A stretch of 34,969 nucleotides of DNA from Candidatus Methylomirabilis sp. (GTDB taxonomy: Bacteria; Methylomirabilota; Methylomirabilia; Methylomirabilales; Methylomirabilaceae). The translations under genes and the position numbers were made by a program. A model generated the notes under the pieces. The model was not told the origin of the DNA and made no database searches. It saw only the letters and a list, made by a program, of their open reading frames with translations. Where the stretch lies: the NCBI GenBank assembly GCA_041498975.1, contig JBGQJI010000007.1:1-34969 (forward strand), given 5' to 3'. Every line of letters starts with the position of its first letter. The first letter of the stretch is position 1. Shown here one piece after another: positions 1 to 6,468 of this stretch.

Positions 1-375
1 CCGGTGTATTACGTGCAATACACCCACACACGCCTGTGTGGCATACTCCAAAAGGCAGCAAAAGCTGATGTCGCAGCCCCCTCGCCAGAAGACGACCTCG
101 ACCCGCTCGGTCTGCCCGACGAGATCGGGTTGATCAAGCAACTGGCCCTCTATCCCGAATTGGTGATCGGGGCAGCCGAAGCGCTGGAGCCACACCGGCT
201 GACCGCCTATTTGCATGACCTCGCCGCGCGATTTCACGGCTATTATACCCGCCATCGGATTATTTCCGCCGACCCGGCCCTTACCCGGGCGCGCCTGGCG
301 CTCGTGGCCGCCTGTCGCATTGTCATCGGGAATGCGCTCAATTTGCTGGGTGTCTCCGCGCCGGAACGGATGTAA
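1..375 (+). CDS. argS: Arginyl-tRNA synthetase, C-terminal (DALR anticodon-binding) part; 5' end lies outside the window
   Basis: PVYYVQYTHTRLCGIL...EPHRLTAYLHDLAARFHGYY...ARLALV...LLGVSAPERM* matches the ArgRS C-terminus (YxQYAHAR, FHxYY, LGxSAPERM). Confidence 0.95.
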   Translation, partial: PVYYVQYTHTRLCGILQKAAKADVAAPSPEDDLDPLGLPDEIGLIKQLALYPELVIGAAEALEPHRLTAYLHDLAARFHGYYTRHRIISADPALTRARLALVAACRIVIGNALNLLGVSAPERM

Positions 376-433
376 GCAACCGATGAGTATGGATTTCCGC
401 AGGACGTCGAATCAAGCCTCGCATGGCCTCAGC

Positions 434-498
434 GTCATCCTGAGCCCTTCGGCCCTGAGCGGGCCTCAAGGGCAGGCTCCGCGAAGGGGAAGAATCTC
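434..498. repeat. Palindromic REP-like intergenic element (GTCATCCTGAGC...CGAAGG...AATCTC type)
   Basis: gtcatcctgagcccttcggccctgagcgggcctcaagggcaggctccgcgaagg...aatctc; same architecture as 11799-11825 and related to the GTCATTGCGAG copies. Confidence 0.5.
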
Positions 499-554
499 CA
501 TTCCTTTCGCCCAATGGCTCGCAAGTTTCAAAACGACCCACTACCCCTTTTTTC

Positions 555-583
555 TTGACTTGCCCGGAACCCTCCCATACAGT
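555..583 (+). promoter_or_regulatory. Putative sigma70 promoter for ORF 709-1110
   Basis: TTGACT(555-560)-N17-TACAGT(578-583). Confidence 0.55.
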
Positions 584-708
584 CACTCATTGCAAACGCT
601 AACCCCAAACCTCCTCGGCCGAACCACGGGCCACCCCACCCAGCGCGGCATCGCGGCCCCGGGGGGGAGCCGACGTGCCCGGCCGCAACCCGTAGGAAAG
701 GAGCCCGG

Positions 709-1110
709 ATGTCCCGTCGCAATCACCTTCGAACCCTAGTCCCGATCATGATGCTGGCCCTCGCCGTCGCGGCCGCCGACCCCCAGCCGGCCAGCGCAGC
801 ACCAAAGAGCTTCAGCGAAGGACTCTGTGAAGATCTGGGATACGGATGGCCCGGGAGCAAGGACTGTAAGACTTGCACCCTTGACGGACAACCAATACCC
901 AGAGGGCCCGGCACCAAGATCTCATGCACCTCACCCACCAAACCTGCCCCACATACCTGCACCTGCAACGGCACGACCGGCCAATGGGACGAATCGCCCG
1001 CCGTCACCCAGCCCCCGCTGCCGCACAAGGGACCAGCCGCCCCCCTCCCACTGCTCACGCCCCAGGGTCCCGCGGCGCCGCTCCCACAGGGAGGCACCGA
1101 GAGAAGGTAG
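709..1110 (+). CDS. Exported Cys-rich hypothetical protein with Pro-rich tail
   Basis: RBS GAAAGGAG upstream; basic N-terminus (SRRN), hydrophobic stretch and ASA cleavage-like site; 6 Cys (C, CKTC, C, CTC); GPAAPLP occurs twice. Confidence 0.7.
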   Translation: MSRRNHLRTLVPIMMLALAVAAADPQPASAAPKSFSEGLCEDLGYGWPGSKDCKTCTLDGQPIPRGPGTKISCTSPTKPAPHTCTCNGTTGQWDESPAVTQPPLPHKGPAAPLPLLTPQGPAAPLPQGGTERR

Positions 1111-1208
1111 CTCCGCAGAGCCGCGCCCCACGAACTGCTCAGGGCGCGACAGCAGTCGATCTGCGACGGACATACCGTTCGGGACCGTCTATCCATAACG
1201 TGGGAGGG

Positions 1209-1236
1209 AAGGTCGGCGCGCCCGAGAATGCCGGTT
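1209..1236 (+). repeat. 28-bp direct repeat, copy 1
   Basis: aaggtcggcgcgcccgagaatgccggtt is identical to 1987-2014; weaker similarity extends about 15 bp upstream. Confidence 0.9.
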
Positions 1237-1249
1237 ATGTTGCCTAGCC

Positions 1250-1354
1250 TCAAGTCCAGATCAGACTGAAATCCCTGATCAAGAGAGAAGACCAGGGCCT
1301 GAGGGGACCATCTTTTATCTCTGCTTGTTCCGCGGTACTCCTCTTCAACCTCAT
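1250..1354 (-). pseudogene. Truncated 5' end of a probable MFS transporter gene
   Basis: ATG directly follows the TPR stop (TAAATG); MRLKRSTAEQAEIKDGPLRPWSSLLIRDFSLIWT* resembles the MFS N-terminal pattern SSLxxRDFxLxW; it stops next to the direct repeat. Confidence 0.45.
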
Positions 1355-1825
1355 TTATCTTTTCTTGGCCTTGTACTTTTCGATCGCCTCTTTTAAATCG
1401 TCATACTCTTCACATCTGCCGAACCAAGGGCAGGCCTTTGAAAGCGACTTCAACACCTGCTCGGCATTGGCGAGTTGATCCATCTCGAGATACAGCTCCC
1501 CCATGTATTCCTGGGCGCCGCGATGCTTGGGATCGATCTTCAATGCCAGCCGGTAATGCTCCATCGCGCCGTCGAGCTGCCCGAGCTTGCGGTAGCTGTA
1601 GCCGAGAAGATTTTGGACGTCCGCATCGTTCGGCGTCTCCTTGGCCGCCTGGGTGAGATGGCCCAGCGCCGACTTGAAGTCTTTGGCGTCAACCGCCTTT
1701 CTGCCGGCATCGAGACTCGGAGATCGCGGCAGCGCCAGCGGGGCCGGAGAATCGTCGGCCGGCAACGGACCCGGTGACAAGCCCCAAACGAGAAGAATTG
1801 CAGAAATTAAAAGCCACTGCTTCAT
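1355..1825 (-). CDS. Exported tetratricopeptide-repeat protein
   Basis: Signal peptide; TPR motifs (NDADVQNLLGYSYRKLG...A..HY..AL.IDPKH..AQEYMGELY); C-terminal C-x5-CEEY; GGGGAG RBS. Confidence 0.9.
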   Translation of the reverse strand: MKQWLLISAILLVWGLSPGPLPADDSPAPLALPRSPSLDAGRKAVDAKDFKSALGHLTQAAKETPNDADVQNLLGYSYRKLGQLDGAMEHYRLALKIDPKHRGAQEYMGELYLEMDQLANAEQVLKSLSKACPWFGRCEEYDDLKEAIEKYKAKKR

Positions 1826-1986
1826 AACGCTCTCCCCCTTTCCCGAGAAACTGATTCACCTACAGATTGTTTCTGGCGATCTAAACCACAAAATAGCCGT
1901 TCATGATCGTCTCGTTCCACAAGCGGATGACGGAAGAAGCGTTGCCTGTAGCATCGCTTCATCCGCGCTCTAGCGTGGGGGCAGGA

Positions 1987-2014
1987 AAGGTCGGCGCGCC
2001 CGAGAATGCCGGTT
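1987..2014 (+). repeat. 28-bp direct repeat, copy 2
   Basis: Identical to 1209-1236. Confidence 0.9.
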
Positions 2015-2119
2015 GATGAGCCCGCACAGTGCACGGGCCTTGCCATGTGGCATAGCCGACCTCCTTATCACTGCATGACAATCGCCCACAGTGAAAAGCT
2101 TCTCCTCGTTCCCATCAGA

Positions 2120-2395
2120 TTATAGGAGAGGTTCTTGTCCGGCACAAGAACGCGTTGGAGGATTCATCGCCAGCTCAGCGTCTCCCTGCCGCCGGGCCAC
2201 TGCCAGATCTGCCAGCAGTGCGTCCGCAGCGGCTAGCCACCATGGATCACGTCGGGGATGCCGACCCCCCGGTATGCGTTGCCGGCCAGTTTCAGGGTTG
2301 GCCATCGGGTCAAGGCTTCTTCCAGCGCCGCCAACCGATTCAGGTGTCCCACATGGTACTGCGGCATCGAGCGTGGGACAGACCGCCAAACCCAA
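2120..2395 (-). pseudogene. hemY: Frameshifted 3' fragment of HemY-type protoporphyrinogen/coproporphyrinogen oxidase
   Basis: Minus frame from 2376 reads PRSMPQYHVGHLNRLAALEEALTRWPTLKLAGNAYRGVGIPDVIHGG, then TAG (2235-2233); the continuation AAADALLADL is in the neighbouring frame. PQY-VGH and LAGNAYxGVGIPD are HemY C-terminal motifs. Confidence 0.8.
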
Positions 2396-2551
2396 GAAGC
2401 GTTCGAGGCCCTGACGAGGGAGAATACGCGGATCGTGACTGGCGAGACGACCTAAAGAACCTGCTCAATTCAGCGGTCTAGCCACATAGCAGAGGCATAC
2501 AGGGATCTTTGTTCCCTTTTAAAGATAGGGTCAAGACTCAGAGCGATCACT

Positions 2552-2709
2552 ACCTCGCGGCGCGGTTTCATGGCTACTATAACCGGCATCGGATTATTTT
2601 CGCCGACCCGGCCCTTACCCGGGCACGCCTGGCGCTCGTGGCCACCTGTCGCATTGTCATCGGGAATGTTTTTGGCGTGCTTGGCGTCTCGGCTCCGGAT
2701 CGGATGTAG
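2552..2709 (+). pseudogene. argS: Diverged duplicate of the argS 3' end (direct repeat of 218-375)
   Basis: Gap-free alignment to 218-375 at offset 2334; about 23 mismatches in 158 nt by manual count, many synonymous; encodes LAARFHGYYNRHRII...GVSAPDRM*. Confidence 0.9.
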
Positions 2710-2762
2710 CTGACATCCGGGTGCAGCGCTCCGCCCCGCCAATTCAGTTGCCCTCTTTCGTA

Positions 2763-2791
2763 TTGACAGTGCGGCACCCTTTTGGTAGCGT
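2763..2791 (+). promoter_or_regulatory. Putative sigma70 promoter for alaC
   Basis: TTGACA-N17-TAGCGT with extended -10 TG. Confidence 0.65.
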
Positions 2792-2848
2792 TGTGACGAG
2801 CGTACACCGTCAGGCGACTTGGTGCGAAGGTGACGTAAAGGAGCGTGA

Positions 2849-4015
2849 ATGGAACAGTTCCGTCGGATCAGTCGCCTCCCTCCGTATGTCTTCAACATTG
2901 TGACCGAATTGAAGGTCAAGGCCCGTGCCCGGGGCGAGGATATCATCGACTTCGGAATGGGCAACCCCGACCTGCCGACCCCTCCCCACATCGTCGAGAA
3001 GCTCTGCGAAGCGGCTCGAAACCCTCGGAACCATCGGTACTCCGCCTCGCGCGGAATCACCAAACTCCGCGTGGCGATCGCCGATTGGTACCGGCGCCGA
3101 TACGGAGTCGAGATCGATCCAGAGCGGGAGGCCATTGCGACCATCGGAGCGAAGGAGGGGATCTCGCACCTCGCCCTGGCGATCGTCGAACCCGGGGATG
3201 TTGCGCTAGTGCCAAGTCCGACCTACCCGATCCATCCCTATTCGGTGATCATTGCCGGAGGAGATGTCCGCAGCGTCCGTCTCGAAGAGGGCACGGACTT
3301 CTTCGGGGCGCTCGTGGCGGCCCACCGGGAGAGTTGGCCGCCGCCCAAGCTTCTGATCCTGAGCTTTCCCCACAACCCCACCACCGTCACTGTGGATCTC
3401 GCATTCTTCGAAAAGGTCGTCGCGTTCGCCCGGGAGCACCAGATGCTCCTGATCCACGACTTCGCCTATGCGGACCTGACCTTTGATGGCTATCAGGCGC
3501 CCAGCCTCCTGCAGGTGGCTGGAGCGAAGGAGATCGGGGTTGAGTTCTTCACCCTCTCCAAGAGCTACAATATGCCGGGCTGGCGTGTCGGCTTTTGCGT
3601 CGGTAATCCGGAGATCATCGCCGCCTTGACGCGGATCAAGAGCTACCTGGATTACGGGATGTTCCAGCCGATCCAGATCGCAGCGATCATCGCACTGAAC
3701 GGCCCGCAAGAGTGTGTGAAGGAGACGGTGGAGACCTACCGCGCCCGGCGTGACACGTTGGTAGAGGGGCTGAACCGGATCGGGTGGAGTCTTCCGAAGC
3801 CGAAGGGAACGATGTTCGTCTGGGCGAAGATCCCGGAGACATACCGGATGATGGGGTCGCTGGAGTTCACGAAGTTCCTCCTCGACAAGGCGAAGGTGGC
3901 GGTCTCTCCCGGGATCGGGTTCGGACAGTACGGGGATGAGTATGTGCGGTTTGCCCTGGTGGAAAACGAACATCGGACCCGACAGGCCATCCATGGGATC
4001 AAGCGGGTCCTTTGA
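2849..4015 (+). CDS. alaC: PLP-dependent class I/II aminotransferase, AlaC/YfdZ-like
   Basis: [68 protein letters not shown]. Confidence 0.85.
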   Translation: MEQFRRISRLPPYVFNIVTELKVKARARGEDIIDFGMGNPDLPTPPHIVEKLCEAARNPRNHRYSASRGITKLRVAIADWYRRRYGVEIDPEREAIATIGAKEGISHLALAIVEPGDVALVPSPTYPIHPYSVIIAGGDVRSVRLEEGTDFFGALVAAHRESWPPPKLLILSFPHNPTTVTVDLAFFEKVVAFAREHQMLLIHDFAYADLTFDGYQAPSLLQVAGAKEIGVEFFTLSKSYNMPGWRVGFCVGNPEIIAALTRIKSYLDYGMFQPIQIAAIIALNGPQECVKETVETYRARRDTLVEGLNRIGWSLPKPKGTMFVWAKIPETYRMMGSLEFTKFLLDKAKVAVSPGIGFGQYGDEYVRFALVENEHRTRQAIHGIKRVL

Positions 4016-4034
4016 GAGGGGGGGGATTCGAGTG

Positions 4035-4493
4035 ATGAGGACGAGGGAGAAACTGGGTGCTGCGCGAGCGATCACGGCCTTGTGGTTTGTTACGGGCACG
4101 CTGGCCCTTATGGGAGCAGCGTTCGCGCAGGGAGGCGGGAAGATCGTCACAACCAACCTGGAGGATATCCTCAAGTCGCATCCTCTGGCCGCCGGGCAGG
4201 CTGCCAGAGCCACCGCGGTGACCCGCGTCCCTGGCGCCGAGTTGCAGGTGATCGAGATGAACAAGATCAAGCTGCACTCGCACAGCCAGGAGGATCATAT
4301 CGTGTTCGTCGTTCGGGGCAAGGGGACTGTCCGCCTGGATCAGGAGACGCGAGACGTGAAGCCCGGCGACATCTTCATGCTCCCCAAGGACGTGCCCCAC
4401 GGTTTCTCGAAGTCCGGGGATGAGAACCTCATTCTGCTGGTCATCGGTACTCCCGGCTGGAAACCGCTCGAGGACACGAAGTTCTATGAGTAG
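4035..4493 (+). CDS. Exported cupin-domain protein
   Basis: Signal peptide ending AFA-Q; cupin motif 1 LHSHSQEDHIVFVVRGKG and motif 2 PGDIFMLPKDVPHGF; start re-assigned to ATG 4035. Confidence 0.85.
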   Translation: MRTREKLGAARAITALWFVTGTLALMGAAFAQGGGKIVTTNLEDILKSHPLAAGQAARATAVTRVPGAELQVIEMNKIKLHSHSQEDHIVFVVRGKGTVRLDQETRDVKPGDIFMLPKDVPHGFSKSGDENLILLVIGTPGWKPLEDTKFYE

Positions 4494-4497
4494 CATC

Positions 4498-4561
4498 GTG
4501 GGGGCAGGGCTTGCCCTGTCCGGTCAAGCATTCCAAGGTAGGGGCGCTGCTTGCGGCGCCC
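4498..4561 (+). repeat. Two tandem GTAG/GTGG-type REP hairpins
   Basis: GTGG-GGGCAGGGC-TT-GCCCTGTCC (4498-4521) and GTAG-GGGCGCTGC-TT-GCGGCGCCC (4538-4561). Confidence 0.75.
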
Positions 4562-4607
4562 TTATATTGCGGGGCGGTTGCTCTTGATGAAGAATGGGAA
4601 GGTCGGG

Positions 4608-6035
4608 ATGACGACCATGGTCGAGCTACGGATGGACAAGTTCCGGGAGGAGTGCGGGGTGGTGGGGATCTACGGCCATCCTGAGGCGGCCAACCTGGCC
4701 TACCTGTCGCTGTATGCGTTGCAGCACAGGGGCCAGGAAAGCGCCGGCATTGTCGCCTCGGACGGCAAGACCCTCCATCTCGAAAAAGCCATGGGCCTGG
4801 TCGCCGATGTCTTCTCCGAGGCCAGGCTTCGTCGCCTGAAAGGTTCTTTCGCCATCGGGCATGTCCGCTACTCCACGACCGGCACCTCACAGCTCAAGAA
4901 CGCTCAGCCCCTCATGGCCGGCTACCTGCGCGGTCAGATCGCCCTCGCCCACAACGGCAACCTCACCAACGCCGAGAAGCTTCGCCACGATCTTGAGGCG
5001 CAGGGCTCCATCTTCAGTTCCACAACCGACAGCGAGGTGATCGTTCACCTCATCGCACGCTCCCGAGAGCCGAATATGCTGGAGGCCTCGATCGATGCGC
5101 TCGGCCAGGTTCGAGGGGCGTACTCCCTGGTCATCATGAACGAAACCGAGCTGTTGGGGATCCGCGACCCCTACGGTTTCCGACCTCTCTCTCTGGGCAA
5201 GCTCGGGGATACCTGGGTGCTGGCGTCAGAGAGTTGCGCCTTCGATCTGATCGAGGCGAAATTTGTCCGGGACCTGGAGCCAGGTGAATTCCTCCTGATC
5301 AACGAGCGTGGTCTCCACACCTTTCATCCCTTCCAGCCCGCGCCCAAATCCCAGTGCATCTTCGAGTATGTCTACTTCTCCAGGCCTGACAGCCTTCTGT
5401 TCGGCCGGGCCGTCGCGGGCGTTCGCAAGGAGCTGGGCCGGCAGTTAGCCCGGGAGCATCCGGTCGAAGGCGATGTGGTGATTCCTGTTCCCGATTCCGG
5501 GGTGCCTGCTGCCCTCGGCTTCGCCCAGGAGGCGAGCCTGCCTTTCGAGCACGGGCTGATGCGGAATCACTACGTCGGGCGGACCTTCATCGAGCCCAAG
5601 CAGGCCATCCGGCACTTCGGGGTCAAGATCAAACTCAACGCCGTTCGCGAGGTTCTGGAGGGGAAACGAGTTGTGGTCGTGGACGACTCCATCGTTCGGG
5701 GCACCACGAGCAGGAAGATCGTGTCGATGATCCGCGGGGCTGGGGCCCTGGAGGTCCATGTGCGGATCAGCTCACCTCCGACCATCTCTCCCTGCTATTA
5801 CGGGATCGATACTCCCACCCGCAAGGAGCTGATCGCGTCCACACACGAGGTGGAGGAGATACGGCGGTACCTTCGCGCTGATAGCCTCGGGTATCTCAGT
5901 CTGAAGGGACTGCACCAGGCGGCCGGCAAGGAGGCCCAGGGCGGAACGGGTTTCTGCGACGCCTGCTTCACCGGTCGCTATCCGGTTCCCTTCACCGAAG
6001 AAGATCAGCACCAGCTTCCTCTCTTCACCGTGTAG
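4608..6035 (+). CDS. purF: Amidophosphoribosyltransferase (start could be 4608, 4617 or 4632)
   Basis: EECGVVG propeptide/N-terminal Cys, [34 protein letters not shown] loop, [17 protein letters not shown] Fe-S Cys. Confidence 0.97.
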   Translation: MTTMVELRMDKFREECGVVGIYGHPEAANLAYLSLYALQHRGQESAGIVASDGKTLHLEKAMGLVADVFSEARLRRLKGSFAIGHVRYSTTGTSQLKNAQPLMAGYLRGQIALAHNGNLTNAEKLRHDLEAQGSIFSSTTDSEVIVHLIARSREPNMLEASIDALGQVRGAYSLVIMNETELLGIRDPYGFRPLSLGKLGDTWVLASESCAFDLIEAKFVRDLEPGEFLLINERGLHTFHPFQPAPKSQCIFEYVYFSRPDSLLFGRAVAGVRKELGRQLAREHPVEGDVVIPVPDSGVPAALGFAQEASLPFEHGLMRNHYVGRTFIEPKQAIRHFGVKIKLNAVREVLEGKRVVVVDDSIVRGTTSRKIVSMIRGAGALEVHVRISSPPTISPCYYGIDTPTRKELIASTHEVEEIRRYLRADSLGYLSLKGLHQAAGKEAQGGTGFCDACFTGRYPVPFTEEDQHQLPLFTV

Positions 6036-6047
6036 GCAGGGCAGCCC

Positions 6048-6317
6048 GTGCCTGACCCCCGGGATCCTCATGAGCGGGCAAAGCGCTTGGCCCGCCTCAT
6101 CGTCTCCGATATCATCATCTACAATCAGGATAAGATCGTCGAGGGTATCAAGCAGGATACGCTGTTTGACCTGTTGAAAGAAGACATCGAGGTCGGCCGC
6201 GCGTATTACGAGAAGAACATCGATCCCGCCGTCGCTGAACAGAGTGATTACTTCAATCATGCGCTTGTAGACATCCTGGTCAAGGGCAGGGGGAACATCC
6301 CGTCTAAGATCTGGTAA
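6048..6317 (+). CDS. romX: Small alpha-helical protein, RomX-like
   Basis: AKRLARLIVSDIIIYNQDKIVEGIKQDTLFDLLKEDIEVGR..Y...YFNHALVDIL...SKIW closely parallels the M. xanthus RomX sequence as recalled (RLARAIASDISLYNEQKI..GIEQDNLF...SKIW), with similar length. Confidence 0.7.
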   Translation: MPDPRDPHERAKRLARLIVSDIIIYNQDKIVEGIKQDTLFDLLKEDIEVGRAYYEKNIDPAVAEQSDYFNHALVDILVKGRGNIPSKIW

Positions 6318-6468
6318 CACCTGCCACGCCGTTCCTCCGGTCCGTTGTGTCGCGTTCACGAGCACACTCCTGGTTTCTCGGTGAGTAGAATGGTCACCCC
6401 TCATTGACCGATGAGCGGCCGGCTCTGCATCAGAGACCATTGAACGCCCCGGCGAGGAGACACATGCC

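Noticed and set aside
1193..1240. CATAAC...GTTATG as an attC site
   Set aside because: Only ~48 bp, no complementary L''/L' boxes, and the second repeat copy lacks both ends.
1209..2014. 28-bp repeats as a CRISPR array
   Set aside because: Only two copies, ~750 bp apart, with no cas genes.
2258..2455. Plus-strand ORF with CGIERG as a RAYT/IS200 transposase fragment
   Set aside because: The same DNA is much better explained by the HemY fragment on the minus strand.
218..2709. argS 3' repeat pair as a diversity-generating retroelement VR/TR
   Set aside because: Mismatches are not confined to adenines in either copy, many are synonymous, and there is no reverse transcriptase in the window.
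2509..2709. 66-aa ORF as an expressed mini-ArgRS domain
   Set aside because: TTG start without a clear RBS, homology begins only at 2552, and it covers only part of the DALR domain.
6320..6468. Fluoride (crcB) or Na+ riboswitch before hppA
   Set aside because: The consensus elements I know for these motifs are not recognisable.
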